Below, one piece after another: positions 53,264 to 62,530 of a DNA stretch of 64,000 bases. Position numbers and translations under genes: made by a program. Within the stretch, counting starts at the first letter, position 1, and every line of letters begins with the position of its first letter. The notes beneath the pieces are model-generated. The model saw only the letters and a list, made by a program, of their open reading frames with translations. It was not told where the DNA came from and did no database searches. The stretch lies in sequence record MZ779063.1; one strand, given 5' to 3'.

Positions 53264-54886
53264 TTGGGTAATTATTTAAGAAAAATTACGAAGAATATAC
53301 AAGATGAGGTCAGTACAAAAGAGTCATTTAATGAGGATGTAATATACTTTAGGGAGAATGAAAACCTAGAAGATATTATATCTGATATTTACAAATCAGT
53401 AGAATTTATTAAAGGCGTAAAATTCATTGATTGTAAAGTTGTTCCTCCAAGTGAAGTTTATGAGTACAATCAAATGACAGACAAACAATTTAAAGCAAGA
53501 GATTTTAGAAAAATCAACGTAGAAGAATCAAAACTATTAGAAGTTCAAATTACTGTAGAATTTGAATCAGCTGAAGGGGAAAAAGAATTATACACACATA
53601 AATTAGATTTCCCTGAACTTATAGAAGGTCAGTATTATTATATTAATGATAATAAGTTCTTCCCTATCTTACAATTAGCTGATACTGAATTCTATAAACC
53701 TAAAGCAAGTACAGTAGTAATGAAAAACTTATTACAACCATTATCAGTAAATGGTTCTAAAAAAGATGAACTTATTGATGATGATAAGAAAATGCCTAAG
53801 AAGTTAAGAGGTAGAACATTATACTTAGAAGTATTTAATAAAAATAAACCTGTTCCAGCATTTTTATTCTTTATTGCTAAAATGGGTCTAGATGAAACAT
53901 TTGAATTCTTAGATATTAAAGAATATTGTGAATTAGTAGATACCAACGATGAAAAAGATGATAAACACTACTATTTTAGAATTAATAATAAAATAACTAT
54001 TCAAGTTGATAAAGAATGGTTAGATCAAGACGATAGATATAGAACTTCTATGGTCTTATGTATTAAAGATTTGTTTAAAGGTATGAGAGCAGGATTAGAT
54101 AAAGTATATGATAAAGAATTCTGGCTAAAAAATTTAGGATCTGTATTTAGTGGTTCTACTAACGTTGACACTAAAATTGAAAAAGCTAATTCTATGATTT
54201 TATCATTTGATAGAATTTTAGATAGTCGTACTAAAAATATTTCTAGATTAGATCCAGAAGATAAAGAATCAACTTATCATGTAGTTAAATACATGTTTAA
54301 AAACTTTGATAATCTTAATTTATTAGATAATACAGATTTAGCTAATAAACGTTTAAGAGTATTAGAATACTTAACTTATCCACTGAATAGAAAGAACTCT
54401 GATACATCTTATCGTATGATTAATTTCACAGATAAGAAACGTACAATTAAAAATCTTAAGGGATTATTCTCAGGTGTACCTCGTGATTTCTTATTAAAAA
54501 CTATAGGAACATCTGAAGGAATTAGATATTCCAATGCAGTTAATACAATTGACTTATTTACTAGAATTCTTAAAATGACTAAAGCAGGTCCACAAACTGC
54601 TGTTGATACTAGTAAACCATCTATTAGAACTATTAATATCAATAATACTTATTTCGGTAGAATTGATTTAATAGCAACATCTTCAAACAATCCAGGTATT
54701 ACACGTACATTAACACCATTCTGTGAGGTTAAAGATCCTGGTGAGAATGGTTCATTCTATTTTGAAAATAAACCTAACATCAGAGAAAATATTGACACAG
54801 ATAATTTAGATAAACTAGAGAAAGAATCTGAAGACAATGAAGTTGTATTAGATATTAAAGAAATTGTAGAAGAGGATGACGAATAA
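53264..54886 (+). CDS. Non-virion RNA polymerase beta subunit, N-terminal part (AR9 gp105-like)
   Basis: FPELIEGQYYYINDNKFFPILQL, ILSFDRILD, DLANKRLR, AGPQT, YFGRIDLIATSSNNPGITRTLTPF. Confidence 0.85.
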   Translation: MGNYLRKITKNIQDEVSTKESFNEDVIYFRENENLEDIISDIYKSVEFIKGVKFIDCKVVPPSEVYEYNQMTDKQFKARDFRKINVEESKLLEVQITVEFESAEGEKELYTHKLDFPELIEGQYYYINDNKFFPILQLADTEFYKPKASTVVMKNLLQPLSVNGSKKDELIDDDKKMPKKLRGRTLYLEVFNKNKPVPAFLFFIAKMGLDETFEFLDIKEYCELVDTNDEKDDKHYYFRINNKITIQVDKEWLDQDDRYRTSMVLCIKDLFKGMRAGLDKVYDKEFWLKNLGSVFSGSTNVDTKIEKANSMILSFDRILDSRTKNISRLDPEDKESTYHVVKYMFKNFDNLNLLDNTDLANKRLRVLEYLTYPLNRKNSDTSYRMINFTDKKRTIKNLKGLFSGVPRDFLLKTIGTSEGIRYSNAVNTIDLFTRILKMTKAGPQTAVDTSKPSIRTININNTYFGRIDLIATSSNNPGITRTLTPFCEVKDPGENGSFYFENKPNIRENIDTDNLDKLEKESEDNEVVLDIKEIVEEDDE

Positions 54887-56196
54887 TGGCTAGATTTTTA
54901 CTTAAGAATAAAGACTTATCAAAATTACCAGTAGTAACAAATCATGAATCAATTGATAAGAAAGGTGATTTCACTGAAGACGGTATCTTCAGTGAGAAAA
55001 TCTTTGGACCTGATTCAGATGTAGATAATATTACAAATGAAGCTATAGTTTATTTAGGTAATAACTATATTATTACACCTTTAGGATATGACAGAATTAA
55101 AAAATTAATAGGTAGAAAAAGATTTGCTGAAATTATTAGTTCTGAAAAACCTATTGATGAAAATGGTAATGTAATTGAACCAGAAGATGACCATAATTCA
55201 TATATTGGTTTAGTTGAATTTAGAAAGAACTTCTTAAAGATTCTTAAAGAAGAAGTTAAACGTGATAAACGTAAAACTAAAGATTACAATAGAGTTGTTC
55301 AATGGTATTTAAATGGAACATTATTCCAAAATTATGTAACTGTATTTAGTCCTAAATTAAGACCGGCTACAGTTAATAAAGCAACTAAGACATTTAGACA
55401 TTCAGAAATTAATAAAGAATTTAATTTATTAATTGCTCATAGTAATAGTCTTAAAGAATTAGATGAACATTATACAGATGATTCAGTTGAACTACAAAAG
55501 TTAAACCTACTTAATAAAATTCAAGATGACAACATGAATATCTATGATCGTATTATCAATGAAAACATTAAAGGTAAAATGGGTACTATTCGTAAATTAA
55601 TTATGGGTAGTCGTGTAGGATATTCAGCTCGTTCAGTAATTGTTCCAGCTCCTGATTTAAAATTAAATGAAATTAGAATGAATTATACAATCTTCTTAGA
55701 AATATACAAACCACTATTAGCTAATTTAATGTATGTAACGGAAAATATTCCATTACCTAAAGCAGAAGAAATATTAGGTAGAGCTTTAGATAACTTTAAT
55801 CCTAAAGTATATAAATATATGAAAGAATTAGTTAACAAAACTGAAGGTGGAATGAGAGTAATTTTGAACCGAAATCCATCTATCTCAGAATCATCAGTTC
55901 AAATATTAAAAATTAAAGATATCATTAGTGATATTGACTCAGCTGTAGTAGGTATTAGTAATAATATACTTGCAGGTATGGGTGCTGACTATGATGGAGA
56001 CACATTGAATATTATAGCTCTCTTCTCAGAAGAGCAATATGATATGTTAAAAGTACAAGATCCAGTCAATCAATTAATATCATATAATGATGGTCTATTT
56101 AATAGAACTTATTCACTTAATAAAGACTCACAGATTGCAGTTTATTTATTAAATAATCCTAAATCAAAAGATGTAAGTATAAAAGCTAGTAAATAG
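54886..56196 (+). CDS. Non-virion RNA polymerase beta' subunit, N-terminal catalytic part (AR9 gp270-like)
   Basis: GIFSEKIFG, PKLRP, GKMGTIRKLIMGSRVGYSARSVI, LNRNPS, catalytic ADYDGD. Confidence 0.92.
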   Translation: MARFLLKNKDLSKLPVVTNHESIDKKGDFTEDGIFSEKIFGPDSDVDNITNEAIVYLGNNYIITPLGYDRIKKLIGRKRFAEIISSEKPIDENGNVIEPEDDHNSYIGLVEFRKNFLKILKEEVKRDKRKTKDYNRVVQWYLNGTLFQNYVTVFSPKLRPATVNKATKTFRHSEINKEFNLLIAHSNSLKELDEHYTDDSVELQKLNLLNKIQDDNMNIYDRIINENIKGKMGTIRKLIMGSRVGYSARSVIVPAPDLKLNEIRMNYTIFLEIYKPLLANLMYVTENIPLPKAEEILGRALDNFNPKVYKYMKELVNKTEGGMRVILNRNPSISESSVQILKIKDIISDIDSAVVGISNNILAGMGADYDGDTLNIIALFSEEQYDMLKVQDPVNQLISYNDGLFNRTYSLNKDSQIAVYLLNNPKSKDVSIKASK

Positions 56197-56203
56197 ATTT
56201 TTT

Positions 56204-56240
56204 AGAATAACGGTCTTATCAGATCGTTATTCTTATTAAA
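56204..56240 (+). terminator. Terminator-like hairpin
   Basis: AGAATAACGGTCT/AGATCGTTATTCT. Confidence 0.55.
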
Positions 56241-56258
56241 TAAATATGACTGGAGACA

Positions 56259-56897
56259 TTGACCATGAACAAAAGACAAAGAAAGAAATTAGAGAAGAAA
56301 AAATTAGAAGAACAAAGTAACGAAAAAATTATAGATTTGCCAAAATTAAAAGAAGAAAAGGATGAAGTTAAAATGAATAAAGAAGTTAAAAGAGAAGGAT
56401 CTTACAAGAAATTAACTAAGGAACAAGTACATTATATTGCAGAATTAATTGACAAAGGACACGGAAACACTTATATTTTAAAAGAACTTAAAGCTAAGTT
56501 TGGTATTGACCGTAAATCACATTCAATCACACATATTAGACGTGGTGAACATCCTACATTTAAAGCACTTACAGATGACAATTATCAATTTGCTGAAGTG
56601 GGATATCCTACATTTAATGAATACAAAAAGATTTTACGTGGAGAAGTTAAACCTAAAAGTAAAACACGTGTAAAAGCTGAAGAAAAGGTTAATAAAGTAA
56701 AAGAATCACCAGTAGTAGAAAAATTATCTAATGTTACAGAAGAAAAAGTAGAACAAGTAAAAGAAAAAATGAGTAATATTCAAAAAGATAAAGAAACTGG
56801 TAAAGAATATCGTGATAAAGAAAGTATTCATAAAGCAGGTAAACCTCAAGAAACTATCTTTGATAAGATTATCAAACGTGTTTTAAATATTTTATAA
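56259..56897 (+). CDS. Basic protein with putative HTH-like domain, shared with 33976..34584
   Basis: QVHYIAELIDKGH...ITHIRRG...NYQFAEVGYPTFNEY. Confidence 0.7.
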   Translation: MTMNKRQRKKLEKKKLEEQSNEKIIDLPKLKEEKDEVKMNKEVKREGSYKKLTKEQVHYIAELIDKGHGNTYILKELKAKFGIDRKSHSITHIRRGEHPTFKALTDDNYQFAEVGYPTFNEYKKILRGEVKPKSKTRVKAEEKVNKVKESPVVEKLSNVTEEKVEQVKEKMSNIQKDKETGKEYRDKESIHKAGKPQETIFDKIIKRVLNIL

Positions 56898-56915
56898 TAG
56901 AAAAGATGATAAGAA

Positions 56916-57968
56916 ATGTCCAAATATGATTTAACTTTATATCATCATTTAAAACAAGAAGTAAAACCATGTAGATTAACAACTTCACAGGATGAGACAA
57001 TGATACGTTGTCCATTCTGTGGAGATTCTAAAAAATCTAAAAGTTCAACACATTTATATATACAAAATAGAACTCCATTTAAATATTTCTGTCAAAGATG
57101 TAATGCTTCCGGAGTTATGAGTAATAAAGTTTTAGCTATGTTAAATAGTGGTAATGTAGAAATAAATAGTTATATTAATAATCAATATAATGAATATATT
57201 TCTAATATGAATAAAAAGTATGGTAAATCTTTTATCAATAGAAATACAAAGGAATTAAAATACTACCCAAATAAATATACCGATTTAGAAATAAGCAAGA
57301 TTAATTATATTAATGAAAGATTGGGTATTAACATAGATGAGAAGGATATTGAATTATATAAGATTATTTTAAATATAGAAGATTTTTATAAGAATAATGA
57401 ATTTGATATAGATAATCAATATCAAATAAATAATCTTAATAATAATTATTTTAGTTATATGTTGAACGATAAGAACACTATTAATTGTAGATTAATGAAT
57501 AGTGACACATTTGGGGCTAATGGGAAGAAACATTTTAAACAAAAAATATTTAAGAATTTAGCTGATGAAAGTACTAGATTTTATTCAATTAAAAATGAAT
57601 TAAGATTGGATAGAAGAGTATATAATATTCATATAGCTGAAGGATTCTTTGATATATTGGGGATATTTAATCATGTGTATAATAAAGAAATAAATGACAA
57701 TGATATATTTATAGCTAATAACGGAAAAGGTTATAAATTTGTATTAAATTATCTAAATAGTTTAGGTATACTTAATATGAATATAAATATTTATTCCGAT
57801 AGAGATGTTAAAATTACTGATTATCGCAGTAAGAGAATGCTCGGTAATTCGCTACCAGTAATTTTAAATGATGCTAATATATATTATAATGAATTTGAAG
57901 ATGAGAAAGATTTTGGGGTAACAAAAGATAAAATAAAATTATCAGAACCAATTAAGTTTAATCAATAA
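56916..57968 (+). CDS. DNA primase-like protein (Zn ribbon + TOPRIM)
   Basis: RCPFCGDS...CQRC; HIAEGFFD; YSDRD; KDFG. Confidence 0.8.
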   Translation: MSKYDLTLYHHLKQEVKPCRLTTSQDETMIRCPFCGDSKKSKSSTHLYIQNRTPFKYFCQRCNASGVMSNKVLAMLNSGNVEINSYINNQYNEYISNMNKKYGKSFINRNTKELKYYPNKYTDLEISKINYINERLGINIDEKDIELYKIILNIEDFYKNNEFDIDNQYQINNLNNNYFSYMLNDKNTINCRLMNSDTFGANGKKHFKQKIFKNLADESTRFYSIKNELRLDRRVYNIHIAEGFFDILGIFNHVYNKEINDNDIFIANNGKGYKFVLNYLNSLGILNMNINIYSDRDVKITDYRSKRMLGNSLPVILNDANIYYNEFEDEKDFGVTKDKIKLSEPIKFNQ

Positions 57969-57975
57969 ATAAATT

Positions 57976-58018
57976 TATATTATAAAAGTGAGGTAATGGA
58001 TATTATATTCATTACCTC
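57976..58018 (+). promoter_or_regulatory. TATATTATA-N4-TG promoter + GTAATG/CATTAC hairpin
   Basis: GAGGTAATGG...TCATTACCTC at 57990-58018. Confidence 0.7.
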
Positions 58019-58045
58019 TAATATTATTTACACTAGGAGAGTGAA

Positions 58046-58552
58046 TTGGATATGGCAAAAGAAATTTTTAGTTCAGAAGATATTTTTAAGGATTTAACAG
58101 ATTTTCACACAGAAAGTAGATTAGAGGAATTTAGTCACAAGAATATTTTAACATCTTTATTAGAAAATGCAGATAGTAAAAATAATTTAGAAAAAATAAT
58201 ATTGATTCTATCTATAAATATTAATTCATCTTTAAAAAATTTAAATTCTATTGAAGATGAAATGATAGATGTTTTTAGTAAAGAAATAGATATTAAGAAA
58301 GATAAAGATAATATTGATTTGCTATTAAAAAATCTTAGAAATGTTAAAGATAATTCAAGTATGGAAGACATTAAAGAATATTTAGTATTAGAAGTATCTT
58401 TAGATGAGATTATTGATAAAATTAATAAAGATGATTTTTATAATGAAGAAGTAAAAGATTTATATCTTAAATTCTATAATAATCTTTCTATTTTAATTAT
58501 ATCTTTTAAATTGTTAACATTCTATAATGGTTTTAATAATGTAGTATCTTAA
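58046..58552 (+). CDS. Hypothetical protein
   Basis: ORF with RBS. Confidence 0.7.
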   Translation: MDMAKEIFSSEDIFKDLTDFHTESRLEEFSHKNILTSLLENADSKNNLEKIILILSININSSLKNLNSIEDEMIDVFSKEIDIKKDKDNIDLLLKNLRNVKDNSSMEDIKEYLVLEVSLDEIIDKINKDDFYNEEVKDLYLKFYNNLSILIISFKLLTFYNGFNNVVS

Positions 58553-58572
58553 TTAAATTTAATATAAGGAGA

Positions 58573-59202
58573 ATGATTAGAATGAGAGATAAATTTTTAT
58601 TATTTGAAAATGATGATAATAGCATGTATATGCTATTATCAAATTTTAAATTCAATAAAGAAATTAAAATAGATTATACACATGATATAAAAAATATCGA
58701 TGATGTTCCTAAGTATTTTAATAAAGGAATAAAGAGATTTAAAATGAGATATGACTTTCATTCAGGTCATATTATTAGACAAGATGAATTTTACAACTAC
58801 ATGGATAATTTAGATGCTGATTTTAAAAATTCAAATGCTAAAGCTTTAGAGAAAATAACTTTCTCTAATCTTATTAGTGATGATAAAATCAATATAGTAT
58901 ATACAGGTAAGAAAGATGATAATAATAAAATTGTAAAAACTAATATTTACTTTATTGTCCCTGTTAGTATTGCTTCTGAAGAAATAAATTCAAATCTAAT
59001 ATCTTTAGATATTACAGCTATGAATAAAAGATTAAATGATGTTTATAAATCTGAAACAACTAATCAGAAACTATTAGGAATAAAACCTAGTGTTACAAAT
59101 ATCAATATTATTGATAGACAAAATAAAATTATTAATGAATACTTTAGAGATATAGGAGTAGATTATAACTTTATTAATGATTTTAGTAAATCAGAAGAAT
59201 AA
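58573..59202 (+). CDS. Hypothetical protein
   Basis: ORF with RBS. Confidence 0.7.
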   Translation: MIRMRDKFLLFENDDNSMYMLLSNFKFNKEIKIDYTHDIKNIDDVPKYFNKGIKRFKMRYDFHSGHIIRQDEFYNYMDNLDADFKNSNAKALEKITFSNLISDDKINIVYTGKKDDNNKIVKTNIYFIVPVSIASEEINSNLISLDITAMNKRLNDVYKSETTNQKLLGIKPSVTNINIIDRQNKIINEYFRDIGVDYNFINDFSKSEE

Positions 59203-59216
59203 AGGAGGATATATTT

Positions 59217-59948
59217 ATGATTGAAGAAGCTTTTAAATTGAATTTCATAAGTCTAATATTAAATATACCTTACTTTTTAATATCAATTTACTTATTTTAT
59301 TATTTTTATACTTACAAGAAAATTAAAAATAATAAAGATGATATATACGATGTAGCACCAGTAGCTTTTACAAGTTATTTGAGTATAATAATTATAATTA
59401 TACTCAAATTATCTACTAATAGTTTATCTCAATATGGTAATTTGATATATCATCCTTTTAAAATATTTACTTTAATTATAGTAGGTTTGATGATGTATGT
59501 TGTACTGGATGCTTCATTATTTATATTTGATAAGATGAAAAGCTCATTAAAGATATTCATTGTATTGAATATCTTTTTAATTGCATTATTAATATCTGAT
59601 TCATTATTGTTTAATATGATTATTATGATAGTTATATCAATTCTATTAATTTTGACTTCATTATACTTTACAGTTGATCATTTAGATAGTAAAGATAAAT
59701 ATGTAAAAATAACTTTTTGCACATTCTTTACTTTATTCCCTCTATTTTTATCACTGTTAGTTATAAATATGGATGTAATTAAATTTAACTTAATAGATGT
59801 TAATACTAATAATAAAATTGATAATATGCATTTAGTTATAATTGTGCAAATAATTTTACTAATATGGAACTTAGCAGTAATGATATTCAAAATATTTAAT
59901 ATCAATATATACACCGTTATATCAGAAGTATTTAAAAGAAATAAATGA
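59217..59948 (+). CDS. Multi-pass (~7 TM) membrane protein
   Basis: About seven hydrophobic segments. Confidence 0.75.
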   Translation: MIEEAFKLNFISLILNIPYFLISIYLFYYFYTYKKIKNNKDDIYDVAPVAFTSYLSIIIIIILKLSTNSLSQYGNLIYHPFKIFTLIIVGLMMYVVLDASLFIFDKMKSSLKIFIVLNIFLIALLISDSLLFNMIIMIVISILLILTSLYFTVDHLDSKDKYVKITFCTFFTLFPLFLSLLVINMDVIKFNLIDVNTNNKIDNMHLVIIVQIILLIWNLAVMIFKIFNINIYTVISEVFKRNK

Positions 59949-60004
59949 ATATTAGGATAATGATCAAATTAATGGTCATTATCCTAATATTATTTTCTTT
60001 TTTT
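59948..60004 (+). terminator. Terminator-like hairpin related to the GTAATG family
   Basis: AATATTAGGATAATGATCA/TGGTCATTATCCTAATATT, then long T-run. Confidence 0.7.
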
Positions 60005-60005
60005 T

Positions 60006-60042
60006 GTAACTACTATTATTTTAGATATATATTATAATTATG
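60006..60042 (+). promoter_or_regulatory. GTAAC-N17-TATATTATA-N4-TG promoter
   Basis: GTAAC 60006-60010; TATATTATA 60028-60036. Confidence 0.65.
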
Positions 60043-60059
60043 AAGGGAGGAATATAATA

Positions 60060-60305
60060 ATGATATTTAATATTCTAATAGCAATTGCATATGAGATGCT
60101 TGTTTCTTTAGGTTTAGGTGTTTCAGCTTTTTATATATCTTTATTTTTATTAAGATATATAAAAAATAATATTATCAAGAAAGAAATTAAAAATGAAAAT
60201 AGAAAGTTATTTTATTTTTCATTATTAATAGTTATAATATTTATGTCAATAAAATCATACGTTGATATAAAATTAAGTATTATAGAACAAATATTGAAAA
60301 TGTAA
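60060..60305 (+). CDS. Small two-TM membrane protein
   Basis: Hydrophobic; GGAGG RBS. Confidence 0.65.
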   Translation: MIFNILIAIAYEMLVSLGLGVSAFYISLFLLRYIKNNIIKKEIKNENRKLFYFSLLIVIIFMSIKSYVDIKLSIIEQILKM

Positions 60306-60374
60306 AAAGCGTAACATAAGATATTTTAATTATATATTATAATTATGAAGATATAATAATATTAATTATATCTT
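60304..60374 (+). promoter_or_regulatory. AAAAAGCGTAAC-N17-TATATTATA-N4-TG promoter with hairpin
   Basis: AAGATATAAT/ATTATATCTT stem follows. Confidence 0.7.
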
Positions 60375-60399
60375 TAATAAAAATAAAGGAGAAATTAAA

Positions 60400-60678
60400 A
60401 TGACAGAATTTGAAAATGAAATTAAAGTATCAAAAGAGGAGAAGAAGATTAAAAGATTTATTGATCAAGGTATTGATAATTTATCTGATACTGTAGGAGA
60501 GAATATTGAAGGTATTCCATTATCTTTAACTGATTATTTTCCTAAAATAAAGAAATTAATTATTAAATTAATTGATCGAGAAGAAAGTGATGAAATTAAA
60601 ATGACAAATGAATTAGGTGAAGTATTTAAATTTAATAGAACTTCACACGATATTTATTTAACATCAACTAAATTTTAA
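60400..60678 (+). CDS. Hypothetical protein
   Basis: ORF with RBS. Confidence 0.7.
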   Translation: MTEFENEIKVSKEEKKIKRFIDQGIDNLSDTVGENIEGIPLSLTDYFPKIKKLIIKLIDREESDEIKMTNELGEVFKFNRTSHDIYLTSTKF

Positions 60679-60715
60679 TGAAAACTTTCTATGATCCAAC
60701 AATAAAATTAAAGGT

Positions 60716-61348
60716 GTGGTATGTATGATTAAAGTCAATGAGCTATTAACAGAAGTTAAGGAAATAAAAACAAATGACAGTTATACGAAATTAATAAATG
60801 AGTATAGAGATATTATTAATGAAGAATATATATCTTATAAACCGTTAAAAGATTATTACAATTTTATTATATATTATCTAGAGAAATCTAGAAATCAAGC
60901 ATTGGAATCTAACAACTTTAATGAATCCAATTTAAATATCAAATTATTAATAGAAGATCTAATGATATTAAAAGATATTGTTAAATCTAATATTTTTGAT
61001 ACTAAAGAAGTAATCAGATCTACTGGGTTTAAATTAACAAATGGTAGTACATTTGATAGAGTTATCAAATACATTAAAGATAAACTAGATGAATTAATTA
61101 TAGAAATAAATTCAAATAATTATAAATATCAAAATATCTATTTCTATCTACCTGAACTAAATAATCTATTGCATAATACAATTCATATAGAACGTGTTTT
61201 AGATAAATATAAGAATAATGTAGATATTATTAATATAAATAAATATAATTTATTTGAAATGATGCCTTGTAATGATATTATGGATAAAGATGAATTTTAT
61301 ATAATGGTTAATCATTTATATGATTTAGGTGTTTTAGAAAAAGCGTAA
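60716..61348 (+). CDS. Hypothetical protein (likely start 60725)
   Basis: AAGGTG RBS before ATG 60725. Confidence 0.65.
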   Translation: MVCMIKVNELLTEVKEIKTNDSYTKLINEYRDIINEEYISYKPLKDYYNFIIYYLEKSRNQALESNNFNESNLNIKLLIEDLMILKDIVKSNIFDTKEVIRSTGFKLTNGSTFDRVIKYIKDKLDELIIEINSNNYKYQNIYFYLPELNNLLHNTIHIERVLDKYKNNVDIININKYNLFEMMPCNDIMDKDEFYIMVNHLYDLGVLEKA

Positions 61349-61409
61349 CATGTAATAAAATAAGTATATATTATAATTATGAAGAAAGATAAAGTATTAA
61401 TATCTTTCT
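61338..61409 (+). promoter_or_regulatory. AAAAAGCGTAAC-N17-TATATTATA-N4-TG promoter with hairpin
   Basis: AGAAAGATA/TATCTTTCT stem. Confidence 0.7.
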
Positions 61410-61420
61410 AAATAAATCAA

Positions 61421-61606
61421 ATGGAGGAATTTAAAATGAAAAAGAATTTATTATTAAAATCAGCAGTGGGATTTGGGTTAGGTATTGTATTAGGTGTAGT
61501 AAGTAATAAAATTGATGAAATGGTTATGCAGAAGGAAATGGAAAAGCAAATCTTTAAAAGAGCTTCAGAAATAACTTTTGAACATCCATTCAATAATCTA
61601 AAATAA
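61421..61606 (+). CDS. Small N-terminally hydrophobic protein (likely start 61436)
   Basis: GGAGG RBS; GFGLGIVLGVV. Confidence 0.7.
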   Translation: MEEFKMKKNLLLKSAVGFGLGIVLGVVSNKIDEMVMQKEMEKQIFKRASEITFEHPFNNLK

Positions 61607-61687
61607 AGGAGGAAAGAGGATAATTGTTTTAAAGACCTAATGGACAAGGATCAAGTTCATTAGGTCTATAATTTTCTATGATCCAAA
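61599..61687 (+). repeat. ~90-bp direct repeat, copy 1
   Basis: Near-identical to 62231-62322. Confidence 0.9.
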
Positions 61688-61709
61688 AAATAAAAAGGAG
61701 CTAAAATCA

Positions 61710-62024
61710 ATGAATAACAAAACTAAATTAGCAGAATTAAGAAAAGAATTAAAAATCGTATATTCGGATATACAATTGAGCAAAACAAGTACTATAGAAG
61801 AAAGACTTCACAAGAAAAAGGAAAGACTAATTAAAGAAATTAATGAACTATTAGAAAAAGATCAAAATGTTTTCGATAGAGAAAAACATATAGCAAAAGT
61901 TAAAGATCAGAATAACGATAACATTCACAAGGGATCAGATGAATTTTCTAAGGCAGGTAGACTCCATAGAAAATATCAGAAGCAAGATAAACACAACATT
62001 TTCAATAATCCAGTACAAGATTAA
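61710..62024 (+). CDS. Hypothetical protein, paralog of 62518..62841
   Basis: KLAELRKEL...SDEFSKAGRLH. Confidence 0.7.
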   Translation: MNNKTKLAELRKELKIVYSDIQLSKTSTIEERLHKKKERLIKEINELLEKDQNVFDREKHIAKVKDQNNDNIHKGSDEFSKAGRLHRKYQKQDKHNIFNNPVQD

Positions 62025-62037
62025 AAAGTTGAATTTG

Positions 62038-62109
62038 AAAAAGCGTAACGTAAGATATTTTAATTATATATTATAATAATGAAGAAAGAGATTATCATTA
62101 ACTCTTTCT
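62038..62109 (+). promoter_or_regulatory. AAAAAGCGTAAC-N17-TATATTATA-N4-TG promoter with hairpin
   Basis: AGAAAGAG/CTCTTTCT stem. Confidence 0.7.
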
Positions 62110-62133
62110 AATAAATTAAAAGGAGAAATTATT

Positions 62134-62238
62134 ATGAAAAACTTAGTATTGAAATTAGTAGCAGGATTTGGATTAGGAATTGTGATGGCAGTTGTTTTAG
62201 ACAAGATTGAAGAAATGACGTTCTCTAATTTAAAATAA
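62134..62238 (+). CDS. 34-aa paralog of 61436..61606 (not in ORF track)
   Basis: AGGAG RBS; MKNLVLKLVAGFGLGIVMAVVLDKIEEMTFSNLK. Confidence 0.7.
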   Translation: MKNLVLKLVAGFGLGIVMAVVLDKIEEMTFSNLK

Positions 62239-62322
62239 AGGAGGAAAGAGGATAATTGATTTAAAGACCTAATGAACATAATGGATCAAGTTCATTAGGT
62301 CTATAATTTTCTATGATCCAAA
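62231..62322 (+). repeat. ~90-bp direct repeat, copy 2
   Basis: Near-identical to 61599-61687, with a 3-nt indel in the hairpin loop. Confidence 0.9.
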
Positions 62323-62353
62323 CTAAAACTAAAAATAAAAAGGAGAAATTAAA

Positions 62354-62530
62354 ATGTTAGAATTAAATGGAATTGAATTTGTAAATGAAAAGGAAATTAA
62401 AGAAGAGGAATTATTATTTAATTATTCAGATGAAGCAAGATATCCATCTGAACAGGCTTATAGAGAAGTAGATTTAATCATTGAGAGCTTCGACAATACA
62501 GCTTTCGGATTAAGAAAATGGGGAGTGTAA
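62354..62530 (+). CDS. 58-aa acidic protein (not in ORF track)
   Basis: AGGAG RBS; MLELNGIEFVNEKEIKEEELLF...GLRKWGV. Confidence 0.65.
   Translation: MLELNGIEFVNEKEIKEEELLFNYSDEARYPSEQAYREVDLIIESFDNTAFGLRKWGV

Noticed and set aside
38110-56196. Group I introns in RNAP genes (as in AR9)
   Set aside because: All three nvRNAP ORFs are continuous and of expected length.
59217-59948. Microbial rhodopsin
   Set aside because: About 7 TM, but no RYxDW helix-C or DxxxK helix-G motif.
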